A DNA stretch of 64,000 bases, from positions 1-64,000 of IMG/VR virus record IMGVR_UViG_3300025327_000016. One strand, written 5' to 3'. The stretch's first letter is position 1, and every line of letters starts with the position of its first letter. The stretch is from an uncultured virus (IMG/VR IMGVR_UViG_3300025327_000016) (taxonomy: Duplodnaviria > Heunggongvirae > Uroviricota > Caudoviricetes). This document shows positions 47,695 to 60,300 of the stretch, one piece after another. The notes under the pieces were generated by a model. The model was not told the origin of the DNA, ran no database searches, and saw only the letters and a list, made by a program, of their open reading frames with translations. The translations under genes were made by a program, and so were the position numbers.

Positions 47695-50600
47695 ATGTCT
47701 AGAGATACTAATCCTAACGAAGCATCTAAATTACTTACCAGTCAAGATCGTAAGGATCTTCTTAAGATAATTGATAGTGGTAATGCTCTTATTACTATCC
47801 TTCCAGAACTTAGAAAACAAAATCCCAATCAAGAACTGGTTCGCAAAGCACGACAATATGTATCTGATATAGTTGATGGCGAAAGCAACTTATCTCTTAC
47901 TCGCGATCAATTCTTCTCCCCAGTTATATTACCCCTCTTTAGACAAGAAGCTATGGGTGCTGTGGGCTTTGTGAGTAAGTTAGTAGCCATGCCTGATAAT
48001 GGTATTTCTACTGTTCAAAGTGCAATAACTAATGCAGAGAGACTTGGTGGTAAATTAATAGTTGCAGAAGCCAATCGAGAGTTTCGCCAAGAAGGTAAGG
48101 AAACATTAGGATTAAATATAGGTGGTTTTAGTGGAAATTACGAAGCTCTCTTTGAAAACAATGACTTTCCTGAGGCATTTGATTTTCCTGATAGAGAGGA
48201 CCTACTGGGTGATCCTACTTATTTTAGATTAGGAGATAGTATATTTCATATACCACCAGAGAATATATCTGTCAATAAAGTATTTCAAACAACGGCTCTT
48301 AGTACGATTCGTACGCCTGGTGCACAACAACACTTTGCTGGTAGATCTGATATTCGCATAGAGATAGAATTAACTTTTTCTAACCTTAATGAGATATTTG
48401 GTAATGCAAGTAATGTTAAAAAGATTAAAAGAGATAGTGGTGAAGAAGTAGTATTCGGAGATCCTAATTGTTTAGCTTCATTAGTAGCTCAATTCAGACA
48501 GACACCCTTCTTACCAGTGCTCAATAGTAAGCTAACCATAGATTATGAAATAGATGCCATTACATTAATGAGTATGCAAATAGGCACCGTACCTGGATTA
48601 CCTCAAGCATTAAAGGTGCGTTTATCTATGCTTGCTTTTAACTATAAAGTATATATGCCTCACGTACATTTTTTTACAGATGCATTTATATGGCCTGTAT
48701 TTAGATGGCACTGGACAAACTATCACAAATCTATTACAGCTAATCTAATTAAACATACCATAGATCCAGAAAGCAATGCATTTAAACATACACCACTAGG
48801 TACAAATCCCAATAATGCCAAATTAACTTCTTATTGGGACGATATAGCTAGTGGAGCAGAATTGCTTAAGTCACAGTGGAATAGTGAGATATCCTTTAGT
48901 CTAGTTGCAGAAGAGGCATTAGAGCAACGTAAGCGCATAGGTGCATTACTTCGTGTACAAGAACTATCCCGTGCTAGAGAACAAGTCGCAGATCTAGAAG
49001 ATGCACTAAAGAAATTAAGAACTCAATGGATAGAAAATGGTATCTCAGATCATCTCTTAACCTTAAATACACAAGAACCTATTATTATCACGCAGATGAG
49101 CGTAACAATGGAAAATCAGATTACTCTTATGCGTATGCACGATCAAGAGATTGCCCCTCACCAATTTATGGGTTCACAAGAAGATAGAATAGTTGTTACC
49201 TTAATTGCTAATAATGACAATAATCTCATAACAGACTTAGTAAACTTATTTAAGAATGCTCAGAAATATGCTAGAGAATATCGCTTTGAAATAAACGATG
49301 GTTTTATGACCATAGATCATCCTATCTTAAAGTTATTAGGTATCAGATATGTAGTACCACAAGTCATCCTTATGGATGACGTACAGGGTTTCCCTGGCTG
49401 GCGTCAGATTACTATGAGTTTCGCTTCTTTCAATCGCGCCGAAAGAGCATTTAAAGATGTTAAACACGTATTTCAAAGCGACTTCTTTGCATCAGATGAA
49501 TTTAAGAAGTACTTAGAAAACAATACCAATGTTGAAAGTGCTGGTCGTAGTATAGATAAAGAATTAATAGAGATGGCTTTAGAGAGTATGCAAACCTTGC
49601 AACTCTATCCAGATCTTCAATTACCTACTTTTAAAGAATTTAGTCAGGGATTACTTGATATCATCAAACTAGTTCCTGAGTTTACAGAACAACGAGCTAT
49701 CTTAGTTAGACATATTAAAGAAAATAATGGTTTGTATGTTGATCCTGATTTCTATATGGCATGGCCACTATCTCAGGATAAAACTACATGGGTAGGATTA
49801 CTTCAAGCACACATATTAGATGCTCTCAATGATGCTGAGATCGATGGTTTAGAAATGACCTATGCTTCTAACTTCTCGGTTAATCCTGATGGTACAAACG
49901 ATAGGATGACAGCAAAAGCTATAGGTAGGCAGAAATACGGGAGTATAATTACTCATCCGCATCATGATGGTTTACCTATGAATGAAATGGTTAACTCCAT
50001 TATAGATACAACATCAATAGGAGTTAGTGAGAATGCTAGGCTAGTTCAAGAGACAGATGCTGAAGCTCGTAAGATACTAGAAGAAGCAAAAGCAAATGCA
50101 ACCACTAAAGAAGAGCGAGAGCGTATAGATAAATTTGAGCAGCATATATTTAATGCTAGGGCAGATGATCTTAAAGCTAAACTAGATGAAATAGAAAGAT
50201 TTAATTCAGCAGCTTTAGGGCCACAACCAGTACCTCAAAGTATAACAGGTAAAATAGAAACATCTTTAGGTTTACCAGCATCAACTAAACCAACTCCTAT
50301 TACACTAGTAGCTATAGAATCTAAAACCAATAATATATCTATACCATCAAGAGCTATAGATACTTATGCTAACAATTCGGTGCAAGATGAATTACAAATG
50401 TCAAAAATAAAAGATACTATTGTTTCTGCTGCTAAAGAAAATAATATAGATCCAGTTGTACTAACAGAATTATTTAGAACAGAGAGTAATTTTCAGGCTC
50501 ATGCTAAGAGCCCAACTGGATATGTGGGTATGGGTCAGCTAGGACCTGCCGCTGCATGTGATGCATCTAGAGCTCTAGGTGGTTTTCTTGGAGCTGAGGA

Positions 50601-53600
50601 GAAGGCTGCTTGTGATCCCAATATAATTAATACATTTAGTAATACGGGGAAAATCAACAACCAGCGATTACTTAATAAGCTTTACGATCCAGAAATCAAT
50701 ATACGCCTATCGGCTAAGTATTTAGGATTACAACTTAAAGCAACTAAGGGAGACTATCAGCAAGCTCTTGCTGCATATAACGATGGTCTAGGTAACGTAC
50801 TATCAGGAGCAGCATTTAAAAAACCTACAGTTCAAGCATATATTAATAATATTCTTGGTGCATCAGGTAAATTTAAGGCCAATGCTCAGTTAACTGGTGG
50901 TGTGCAAACAAAGAGTGGTACACATGGAGATAATAATTCCGCTCAGATGAAAATAGAAATACCCAACAGATCTGTTAGACAGATATTAGCAGAGACAGAT
51001 ACAGAATCCAATACAGTAAATGATGTTATAGCTGCAACAGCCCCTGTTCCTAGATATAAACCTGGTAAGTCAGATAGAGCTGCTTACCATGATTTATTAA
51101 CCTATGATCAAACAGGAAGATTGGTATTAGCATTCCCTACATATGTTCTTCAGTTACTCGATGAAGGACCAATGATATGGTGGTTTAAATGCATACCTAT
51201 CTTTGCTAGCCTAAATTCTCTTATGGATGCTACGGTCCGTATGGATCGTCGAGAACCAGTGCATATAGCTACATTCACATTTGCTAATGCATACCACAGT
51301 ATGGTACAGGGTGGATGGCAAGATCTAGGTGCTGATTACGGTAGACATGTTCTTCAAACCACTAATGCTGGAGCAAACAATAATGCATTAGGTGGATTCC
51401 CTGCTATGATAGGTGATTACTTTGCATGGTTGGGCGCTTCATATCTAGCTTATCTTATTCCTAATAGAGAGATAATAGAATACATAAATGAACAGCGCAC
51501 GCGCCAGTGGGAGCAAACAGCAATACGCCCAGGTATACGCATACATTTTAGATTGGGATATGGTTCCAATGGATTGCGGTTGCCCGTTGTGTTTAATGGA
51601 ACGGTAGTAGCTACAGAGGTAGGAGAAGTAGTAGAGGTTATAGCCGAAGGTGATGGTAGAGAATTAATGAATATATTCCCCGTTGCTAAGCCTAATGCCA
51701 AAATTAAAGACATACAGCTATATGAACATAGAGATCTCATGGTTAATATGATGATGCCCTATGGAGCAGCTAGTGCTGAAGATGAAAGTGACATGGCTGA
51801 AACTCTTATGGGAGATTTCTGGGTACACTTAAAAGACGCACTCAGCAAATCAACAGCTGGTCAATCAATGTCCCTAATAGGGAAGGGCTGGAAAGTTGTA
51901 CATTTCGGTAGGCCCGTATATCCAGAACCAATAATGAATGCCATGAAAGCTCAAGTAAATAGCAATAAACGATTTTTAGTGCAATCCATGCAAGAAACAC
52001 TAGAAAGAATAAATGCTAAAGGAATACCATTACCAGATCAACTAATATTAGCAAGTGTAGCTATTAACTTTGATAATTTAACTTTTTTCGGAAGGACAAC
52101 TATGGATTTAATAGAACCCCTAAGGGGTTTCTACTTAGCATCCACAGATCCTAAAGCCTTTTATGGTGAAATAGGCGAGAATATATATTCACCAGCTGAT
52201 GTAGCCAGATTAGCTAAGAAGGAAGATACACCTACACAGGAGGACTTCCTTCGTTCAGGTGGCCATAAACTTAATATGTTTATATTCAATAAGAACCCAT
52301 GGGATGTTATGACCCTGTGTATGCAAACAAGCCCCAACTTTTACTTACAAGTACGTCCATTTGAATATAGATCAACCCTTTTCTTTGGAGAAGGATACTA
52401 TGACTTTAGGTATGCATATCATAGAGTTAGCTCTAAGGACATACAAAATAATAAAGAACACAATATAAATGTAACCCAAACATCTACTAGTCAAGTAGGT
52501 GTTAAAGATATTCAAAGAATTAAAGATTTAACTCGGACCATCCTCAATTCACTACGTATGATTCAATCCACTCAAAACATACTTATTTCAGATGTTGCAA
52601 TGACATTACTTGCTAATGATATTATCCTAAAGGAAGTAGAATTACAACAATTAACAAATCAAAAATATAAACCCATATTTAACGGTAATATTGATCATCC
52701 CAATACAGATGAAGTCCGTGCACAACTAGAAAAAGTATTAATGGAGCAATCACTTATAGCTCGCGGTAGAGAGCTTAACCAAACACTAGCTCAGAATGCT
52801 CAAACTGCTCCAGGAAGCACAACTGTATCTAATACCGACCCTAATCCTGCTTACATCAATGACCCTCGTTTTGGGCTACCTGTAGCATATAAAATCAAAA
52901 CCTTTTCTCAAGCTCATATATTTACCTCGGGTAATATTATAGCTAATGACATACAAGTTAATAATGATCTTGTTTATACAGATATGCACGCTGTATGGTA
53001 TGTATCTGACAGTGAACCTAAAATAGAACCTCAAGTAATAGATAGCGCCATCTTCCCTCAATATCGCAAGAACCAAGTAGTTGATACTAGATTCTTAGCT
53101 ACTAAGTTTAGTGACCCTTGGGATCATGCTGGATTTGGTATACCTAATTTGTTTTTAAACTTTCTTACAGCTGGTATATGGGGTGGAATTAAAGATTTAA
53201 TTAACAATACCATTAATGGTTGGCCACTCAGTTCTGCACATAGACAAGCTATCAAGATAACTAGATCATTACTTCGTGATTCTGCAAGAGAGATGTATCA
53301 AGGAAGCCTATTAGTTATGGGTACACCGTGGGCGTTCCCATGTGATAAATTCTACTTAGCCGATTCATATGTAGAGATGAATGGTGTTGCTGATATAAAA
53401 GCAGTTACTCACCACTTTGGATTTGATACGGGATTTGTTACAGATATTACGCCTGATATAGCCTGTGCTGTAAAAGGTGATAGGTTATGGGCTAACTATT
53501 TAGTGGGCATAGCAGCCATAGGTGCTACTGTTGTTGTAAGAAATGCGGTTACTACATGGTTAGCACATAGTGCTGCTAAACTCAAAAATACCTTATTGAA

Positions 53601-54807
53601 GGCAGGCAATACATTAAATAAAACAAAACAACTATTCCAAACTGCTAACTCAGCTCAAGCAACAGCCATTGTTGACGGTTTTGAAAATCCTACTACATCT
53701 ACCTTATCTAAAGGCAAAGATCTTATTAATAAATTTTCTAAATCTGGCGGCGATGCCCTAAATAAAATCAAAGGCATGATACACATTATTGCTAGAGCCA
53801 AGCGTCTAAATACACTTGGTAAGATGATCAAAGCTGGTAAGACAACAACTAGTGCGGGCAAAAACATTATACAGCTAATTAAAGCAGGCAGTGTGGTTCT
53901 TAAGGCTACGGCAGTAGGTGAAGCAGCTACGGGTGTTGGTGCTCCTGTGGCAGCTGTACAATTCGCAGTATCTCTAGTACTAGATATACTAGTATGGCTA
54001 GTAGTTGATCGTATATTCTTATCAATAGAATACTGGCAATCTAGTAAATATTCACTTATTATAGCACCTCTTAACTTTAGAGGTAGAGAATATACTGCAG
54101 GTATAGCAGGTCATAGACAGGGTACCGTAGTTACCCTTGGTGGAGATGATATACCTAATGCATCTAGTGATGACTTTACTCAACAAATAAAACAAATAAG
54201 AGAAGCTGGTAAGCAAGCTGAGGATGAGTATAAGGGTAAACAACCCAATACCAATAATGAGGAGTTGGCTCCTCAGGGTGCGCGAGGAGGTACTAAATCA
54301 TTGCCTCCATCTACATCTAAACAACCCGCTGATACGTCTAAACCCGTACCCGTTAAGTCTGGTCAGTATGTGCGTCCAGGCAATGGACCCACCACTAGCT
54401 CCTTCGGTGTTAACCGAGGAGATCATATTCATCAAGGCATAGACATAGGTGTTCCTGAGGGCTCAGCTATACGTGCAATTTCAGATGGATATGTAGAAGC
54501 CCTAGGTACTCAGATAGGTTCTAGTGGTAGGGGATATGGAAACTGGTTAGCTATTAATCATGATGATGGCACTGCTGCTGGATATGCTCACTTACAGAAC
54601 TACGAATTTGATCCAACCACTATGGCTCGCATTAGACGCGGTGAAAAAGTACGTATTATCAAAGGACAAGTAGTAGCTCGCTCAGGGGTATCAGGAGCAC
54701 CTGGTCAACCACATCTTCATTTTGAAGCCGCATTAGGACCAAACAAAGTATTAAGTGGACTTAGTGGAGATACCGTAGATCCGTGTAGTACTTTTGGAAT
54801 ATGTTAG
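47695..54807 (+). CDS. Giant baseplate-hub / tail-associated lysin with SLT transglycosylase and M23 peptidase
   Basis: TESNF, GMGQL, ALAAYNDG (~50400-50860); HQGID and HLHFE (~54360-54740); hub-like RIHFRLGYGSN. Confidence 0.8.
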   Translation: MSRDTNPNEASKLLTSQDRKDLLKIIDSGNALITILPELRKQNPNQELVRKARQYVSDIVDGESNLSLTRDQFFSPVILPLFRQEAMGAVGFVSKLVAMPDNGISTVQSAITNAERLGGKLIVAEANREFRQEGKETLGLNIGGFSGNYEALFENNDFPEAFDFPDREDLLGDPTYFRLGDSIFHIPPENISVNKVFQTTALSTIRTPGAQQHFAGRSDIRIEIELTFSNLNEIFGNASNVKKIKRDSGEEVVFGDPNCLASLVAQFRQTPFLPVLNSKLTIDYEIDAITLMSMQIGTVPGLPQALKVRLSMLAFNYKVYMPHVHFFTDAFIWPVFRWHWTNYHKSITANLIKHTIDPESNAFKHTPLGTNPNNAKLTSYWDDIASGAELLKSQWNSEISFSLVAEEALEQRKRIGALLRVQELSRAREQVADLEDALKKLRTQWIENGISDHLLTLNTQEPIIITQMSVTMENQITLMRMHDQEIAPHQFMGSQEDRIVVTLIANNDNNLITDLVNLFKNAQKYAREYRFEINDGFMTIDHPILKLLGIRYVVPQVILMDDVQGFPGWRQITMSFASFNRAERAFKDVKHVFQSDFFASDEFKKYLENNTNVESAGRSIDKELIEMALESMQTLQLYPDLQLPTFKEFSQGLLDIIKLVPEFTEQRAILVRHIKENNGLYVDPDFYMAWPLSQDKTTWVGLLQAHILDALNDAEIDGLEMTYASNFSVNPDGTNDRMTAKAIGRQKYGSIITHPHHDGLPMNEMVNSIIDTTSIGVSENARLVQETDAEARKILEEAKANATTKEERERIDKFEQHIFNARADDLKAKLDEIERFNSAALGPQPVPQSITGKIETSLGLPASTKPTPITLVAIESKTNNISIPSRAIDTYANNSVQDELQMSKIKDTIVSAAKENNIDPVVLTELFRTESNFQAHAKSPTGYVGMGQLGPAAACDASRALGGFLGAEEKAACDPNIINTFSNTGKINNQRLLNKLYDPEINIRLSAKYLGLQLKATKGDYQQALAAYNDGLGNVLSGAAFKKPTVQAYINNILGASGKFKANAQLTGGVQTKSGTHGDNNSAQMKIEIPNRSVRQILAETDTESNTVNDVIAATAPVPRYKPGKSDRAAYHDLLTYDQTGRLVLAFPTYVLQLLDEGPMIWWFKCIPIFASLNSLMDATVRMDRREPVHIATFTFANAYHSMVQGGWQDLGADYGRHVLQTTNAGANNNALGGFPAMIGDYFAWLGASYLAYLIPNREIIEYINEQRTRQWEQTAIRPGIRIHFRLGYGSNGLRLPVVFNGTVVATEVGEVVEVIAEGDGRELMNIFPVAKPNAKIKDIQLYEHRDLMVNMMMPYGAASAEDESDMAETLMGDFWVHLKDALSKSTAGQSMSLIGKGWKVVHFGRPVYPEPIMNAMKAQVNSNKRFLVQSMQETLERINAKGIPLPDQLILASVAINFDNLTFFGRTTMDLIEPLRGFYLASTDPKAFYGEIGENIYSPADVARLAKKEDTPTQEDFLRSGGHKLNMFIFNKNPWDVMTLCMQTSPNFYLQVRPFEYRSTLFFGEGYYDFRYAYHRVSSKDIQNNKEHNINVTQTSTSQVGVKDIQRIKDLTRTILNSLRMIQSTQNILISDVAMTLLANDIILKEVELQQLTNQKYKPIFNGNIDHPNTDEVRAQLEKVLMEQSLIARGRELNQTLAQNAQTAPGSTTVSNTDPNPAYINDPRFGLPVAYKIKTFSQAHIFTSGNIIANDIQVNNDLVYTDMHAVWYVSDSEPKIEPQVIDSAIFPQYRKNQVVDTRFLATKFSDPWDHAGFGIPNLFLNFLTAGIWGGIKDLINNTINGWPLSSAHRQAIKITRSLLRDSAREMYQGSLLVMGTPWAFPCDKFYLADSYVEMNGVADIKAVTHHFGFDTGFVTDITPDIACAVKGDRLWANYLVGIAAIGATVVVRNAVTTWLAHSAAKLKNTLLKAGNTLNKTKQLFQTANSAQATAIVDGFENPTTSTLSKGKDLINKFSKSGGDALNKIKGMIHIIARAKRLNTLGKMIKAGKTTTSAGKNIIQLIKAGSVVLKATAVGEAATGVGAPVAAVQFAVSLVLDILVWLVVDRIFLSIEYWQSSKYSLIIAPLNFRGREYTAGIAGHRQGTVVTLGGDDIPNASSDDFTQQIKQIREAGKQAEDEYKGKQPNTNNEELAPQGARGGTKSLPPSTSKQPADTSKPVPVKSGQYVRPGNGPTTSSFGVNRGDHIHQGIDIGVPEGSAIRAISDGYVEALGTQIGSSGRGYGNWLAINHDDGTAAGYAHLQNYEFDPTTMARIRRGEKVRIIKGQVVARSGVSGAPGQPHLHFEAALGPNKVLSGLSGDTVDPCSTFGIC

Positions 54808-54824
54808 TTGTTTAATATTAATTT

Positions 54825-55214
54825 ATGAATAAAATACAGCAAGCCCTAAACTCATTAATATCAGAACAGATTACTAATAAACCACCTACTACTGTTGGTT
54901 ATATAACATCAAAGTATACCAACGGCTACTTTATGGTTAAATACAGAATTCCAGGTTCTGCCATAGAACATGAATCACCATTACCATATACGGTCTTTGA
55001 CCGCGGTATGATGCATAAGTTGCCAACTATAGGTACACCTGTTACAATTACATTTGAGGGTGGTAATGCGACAGCAGCTAGAATTACATCTATTAACCTA
55101 CCACATAAGATGTTACCAGAGAATCCAGTAAACGCCCAGCAGAAAGCTCATGGCGCAGTTACTGAACCACTTATAGACATAGCTGGAGGCAGTAATCTAA
55201 ATGGCGGATTCTAA
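54825..55214 (+). CDS. Putative spike N-terminal OB-type protein
   Basis: LPTIGTPVTITFEGG resembles the gp5/gpV OB motif; position. Confidence 0.5.
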   Translation: MNKIQQALNSLISEQITNKPPTTVGYITSKYTNGYFMVKYRIPGSAIEHESPLPYTVFDRGMMHKLPTIGTPVTITFEGGNATAARITSINLPHKMLPENPVNAQQKAHGAVTEPLIDIAGGSNLNGGF

Positions 55215-56037
55215 AGCTACTCAAAGCCTACAGGAAGAACAACAACAGTTAGCTCAAGACAAAGCTCGCATTACTAATGTTTTAGATCAGATATCTAAAT
55301 CTGAAGGATTAGATTACGAAAAGAAACTTGCTCTTGAAAAGCTATGGTACGTCAATAGTACTGATCCATCTGAGATTGAACAATTTAACAGAGATGATGT
55401 TGGTGTACTTGATGAAGACAGTGGCTCCGTCTTTAGACTCCATCAGCATGCAAACAAAAAGTCTATTGCTGATATATATGTGGATCCAGTTACTGGTATT
55501 AAGGTTGACAGCAAACGACCCACATCTCTACTAGAGATGGCAGATTTAGGTATACATCTGCATCATAAGTTCCATTTAATTACAGATCCCAAGGGTTTCC
55601 TGTGGAACTTTAAATATGTTAATCCAGCTATCGCAACAGAGAGTCCTAGTGGTGGACCATTTAAGTTCTTGGACGCAGCTCCTCAGTTTGTACAAAATAT
55701 GCAGTCCATGTTTAATGGCTCAGGAGCATTTGAAAAAATACTTGGTATTAAGTTACCTTTCCCTGGATTTAATGTAAACAGTATTGTTCCTTTTATAGGA
55801 GGAGGGACAACTAATCTCTTCTCTAGTAGCTTAATGAAATCATTGAGTAATGTCTTACCCACTAACATCCTGGGTAGCTTTGGTGGTCTAATGAAGGCTA
55901 ACCCCCTATCTAATATTACTAATACTCTACAACAATCATTAGGTAGTTTAGGTAAGATAGGCATCCCTGGTATAGGTGGTGGAGGAATTCCCCTTCCAAG
56001 TATACCCTTTAATCCGTTGAAAATATTCGGTAAATAA
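55201..56037 (+). CDS. Putative baseplate / spike protein
   Basis: Position in the baseplate module. Confidence 0.5.
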   Translation: MADSKATQSLQEEQQQLAQDKARITNVLDQISKSEGLDYEKKLALEKLWYVNSTDPSEIEQFNRDDVGVLDEDSGSVFRLHQHANKKSIADIYVDPVTGIKVDSKRPTSLLEMADLGIHLHHKFHLITDPKGFLWNFKYVNPAIATESPSGGPFKFLDAAPQFVQNMQSMFNGSGAFEKILGIKLPFPGFNVNSIVPFIGGGTTNLFSSSLMKSLSNVLPTNILGSFGGLMKANPLSNITNTLQQSLGSLGKIGIPGIGGGGIPLPSIPFNPLKIFGK

Positions 56038-56060
56038 GCTATTATTTATGGAGAACTCCG

Positions 56061-56486
56061 ATGATAAATGTCCAAGACCTACTTCTAACAGATGACTTTG
56101 ACTTTGTTGTTCAGGATGGTGACTTTGTTCTTGCCCCTCCTGAAGCAGCTCTCAAACAAAACATGACCCTTCGTGCTTTAGCTAATAAGGGTGATTATAA
56201 ATTTTATCCTACGCTAGGTTCTAATTTAGAAAGTCTTATGGGCAAACACAATAGTGCTGAGACGGGTATGGAAGGAGTAGAACTCCTTACCCAAGCAATG
56301 TCATTTGATAATCTAGTTAATCCATCTGATTTACGTATCGAACCAGTACCTCTAACACCCAATACATTAGCATTTTATTTACTAACTAGTGTATCAGATC
56401 TATTTGAAAATACAGTAACAGTAGTAGCTGTTGTTGATCTTAATACAGGTATAAGCTTTAAGCCAGTGGGAGAGGACGTAGTCTAA
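56061..56486 (+). CDS. gp25-like baseplate wedge protein
   Basis: DGDFVL...KGDYKFYPTLGSNL. Confidence 0.75.
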   Translation: MINVQDLLLTDDFDFVVQDGDFVLAPPEAALKQNMTLRALANKGDYKFYPTLGSNLESLMGKHNSAETGMEGVELLTQAMSFDNLVNPSDLRIEPVPLTPNTLAFYLLTSVSDLFENTVTVVAVVDLNTGISFKPVGEDVV

Positions 56487-57298
56487 TGGCTATAATCAGA
56501 AGAAGCGTAGAAGAATTAGATGCTAATGCAATAGCTCGCATAATCGCAAACACTGATCTACAGAAAATAAATACACGAGGTACATTTGTTAGAGAGATAC
56601 TTCGCAGTATTAATACTACTCTTGGACAACTATATACAGATTTTGATATAGGCTTAGCACAAAGTCTAATATCTAGAGCTGAGGGTGTATTCTTAGATGG
56701 TCTAGGTGACTTATTTGCTATCAAGCGTATGCCTAACGAGCGTGATGATAACTTCAGATTTAGAATTACCAACCAAGTACTTGAACTCGCTGATACTAAT
56801 GCTACAGCCATAAGATTACAAATACTTGTTTTGGATAATATCAGAGATGCTATCGTAAGAGATTTCACATTTGGTATTGGAAGCTTTCAGGTATTTGTGC
56901 TGCCAGAAACAGGTCCATTATCTGATATGGAACTAGCCAATACTCAACAGGTTATAGATGAACATAAGGCTCTTGGTGTATATGGCATAGCTACTAAGCC
57001 CATAGAGATGGCAGTAGACATTAACCTACAAGTATTGTTTAGAAAAGACACTAATCTTGCAAGTAGACCAGCATTAAGAGAAGCTGTTAAATTAAATATT
57101 ATTAATTACATAGATACACTATCTCTTGGCGATACAATTATTTTTGATCAGCTTATTAGTATTTCACTCAATACTTCTTCTGATATTCTAGATATTAATA
57201 TAACAGAGATGCGTATTAACGAAGACCTGGTTTTATTTAGAGATTACATCCCTAATGAGGATGAACTTTTAATACCTGGGACTATTAACGTAACTTAA
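56486..57298 (+). CDS. Baseplate J-like protein (compact)
   Basis: AEGVFLDGLG, ERDDNFRFRI, YIDTLSLGD. Confidence 0.75.
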   Translation: MAIIRRSVEELDANAIARIIANTDLQKINTRGTFVREILRSINTTLGQLYTDFDIGLAQSLISRAEGVFLDGLGDLFAIKRMPNERDDNFRFRITNQVLELADTNATAIRLQILVLDNIRDAIVRDFTFGIGSFQVFVLPETGPLSDMELANTQQVIDEHKALGVYGIATKPIEMAVDINLQVLFRKDTNLASRPALREAVKLNIINYIDTLSLGDTIIFDQLISISLNTSSDILDINITEMRINEDLVLFRDYIPNEDELLIPGTINVT

Positions 57299-57306
57299 GG
57301 GAACGT

Positions 57307-60300
57307 ATGCCTCATAACATTCGCACATTATCATCTACAGAATATCCTGTATCTAAGGAACTCCAGGCACTTATTGGCGCCTTACCTGCATTTACGGCAG
57401 CGCGTAAGAACTTTCCCTTTACTGATATAATTATTCCTTCAACAATTACGTCCAATGCAATTAAACTTGTAAATGCTATAGCTCTCACTCAAGAAGAGTT
57501 AAGACAAGATATTAAGGAGATCGTACGTAATCCATATATTAGATTTCCCAATTACACAAATACATCTTTAGACATTATATATAGTGTAATTATTGCAGCC
57601 ACACTCAGTATTACTACATTAACTGGTAATACAGATACAATTGATATAGATGTAGTAGATCGGTTCCACGATTTTATCTACGGTAAAGCAAGCATACAAA
57701 CTTTTACATCTCCTGGCACAGCTACTTTAATTCTTGACAGACAAATAGGCATAGATATACTAACAGATAATCTTCTAGTAGAGTGGGTATCATTTAACGA
57801 CATATATCTCTCCTCGTCGCAATACACAATTAGTAATATATTAACTGGCGGCAAGTATCGTGGTAGAATAGTTATTACGGACGGCTCTATTCCGTTAGAC
57901 CAGGAATTTAAAGTTCATTACACCACATACGATATCGCGTTCAAGCAAGAGGTATTTGGAGCCAGTAGTTTACAACTAGTATTTCGTAAGTCATACACTG
58001 ATATTAAGATAAATTCTATATCATATAAGCCAGTAAGACATCATATCTTCAACGAATATGATGAAATAGGATTACTATTAAGCGAACCTCGTGTTAGTGG
58101 AGAGACTAACGAACAATATCAAAAGCGATTAAGCGATGCTTATTTATTTAATCGTAATGCTACGGAAGCTGGCTTAAGGCATGCATTAGCTAACTCTCTA
58201 TTCCTAATACATCATACGGAGTGGCCTAACACTCAAGACTCAATTACTATAAATCATCCATATGAGCATCCAATCTATATTAACTTTACACCAATAGAAG
58301 TGTTTAAATATCTTACTGTTCAAGATATATCTTCAGGTGGAGTATTAAATCCAGACAACTCCATAACGTGGATAGTCCCATTAGTGCCAGCCTCACACAC
58401 TCCAGTGGAGTTAAATTTTAATATAGAGTATAGCGGAGAAACACCACTTCATACTAGCTATATACCTATCTCTATGAATAAGATGATAAACATAGCTTAT
58501 ATTACGCCAGTTGATGTGCCTATTAGAATACTACCAACACAAAACATATTTAGAACTAATAACAATTACATACAGGGAACACTTCGTGTCTTTGTAGATG
58601 GTATTGAGGTAAATACTGTTGAATTAGGATATAACACATTTGAATTAAATAACGATTTAGATGAAGATCAAATAATATCTTGCACATATATATCTGCCAA
58701 TGATAGATTAATGGTAGATTTAGATGAGCGGCATTGTAATATTGCTTTATTAACTAAGCCTATAATATCTACTCGTGCAGATATTTATGTAAATACTACG
58801 TATCCTCAATTAGATCTCGAACATAAACTCGCGTTTAATCCAAATGAATTACGTCTAGATCATATAGCAAAAACAACCATAAGCCTTCTTAATCTGGGAC
58901 GAGTAGACGCTACTAATGTAGCCGTAACAGTACATCTATGGGATCCAATAGAAGTTACTACAACCTCTACTTCAGCTAATGAATGTTCTATTACACCAAC
59001 ATGCCCAACCAGTATTACCCTTACAGATAACCTACAACTACGAGATAGAGAAATACGCTATATTAGTTGTGAAGATATAACAGTACATGATTTCTCAGAT
59101 CAAGATTACTATAAGTCAACACTATTAAATGCAGATGGGACTACTACTCGTGAGCTTAGGGGCTTTGCTCATGAACTAACACAGGCTTCCCCATTAATAT
59201 GGGGACAGGTTATATGGGATAAGAGCTACTGGGGTTCACTTAAAGAGCGAGTACAAACAATAGGTTTTACTCCAAATGCAATAGATCCTGATTTATCCAG
59301 CTTTCCAATAGATAATCTACTTATACCATTGTTGTTTACAGCAACCGTTGAGGATATAGTTGTATTGCCAGAATCCATAGGCGACTTTCTTATTAGTCCC
59401 GATGGTTCTTTTTGGGAAGTGGTAGTGGATAATGACGGCGCACTAGGTTTAGAACTCGCTGATACAAGTGTTGTAATACCTCCGTCTCCACCAGTAGGTC
59501 CTATTAATATCTTTAAGTATTTAGATATAGGTCGTAAGAGGGATTTTCATAGTGGTGTAGGTGACTTTGATGATTTATTAGTTAGTGTCGATCAACTACT
59601 CAAAAAAAGACATCTAGACGAATTCCCCACAGACATAGTTAAAGATATTGCTTATCACGTAGATTACACAGACTACCTAGCTAAATGGTGGGTAATGCTT
59701 AATCGTGGGTGGTACTACATCAATGATCAGAAGTCTTATATGTTTGCAGAACCCAATACCCTCACGTTTGAAAACATAGATAGTTTTACTATCTCTACCA
59801 AGGACTTACAGGATAACTTTCCAGTATTGGTATCATTAGTAGATATAGACACAAGCGGCAATACCATTAAAACACCTCTACGTCAAGTTAATTTTTGTGA
59901 TGAGAACTATAATCCAACACTATGGTTTACAGAAGAGATATGTGGCAATGGCAGAGATAATCAATTGTATTTATCGTTCACCGATATAGAAGCTCTTACA
60001 CTGGATGGTGTAAATACATCGGCAATAGATAATATAATTACCTTAGATAGCTATGAATGTATACCGACATCAGCTTGTTTTACGGCTAACTATCGATTAA
60101 GGGATAGTTATATTGTAAATTATGAATCAGGCTTAGTTAATTTAAGTCAGTCCTATTCAAGGATTGAAGTTACTCATGAAACATCGGATGGATTACACAA
60201 TACTAATCTAGCACTAAACCCTCTGTTTAATCCACACACTAATGGATTTGTTTATCTTACAGACGAAGATGCTATACCAACTAAATTAACCTGTAGGGTT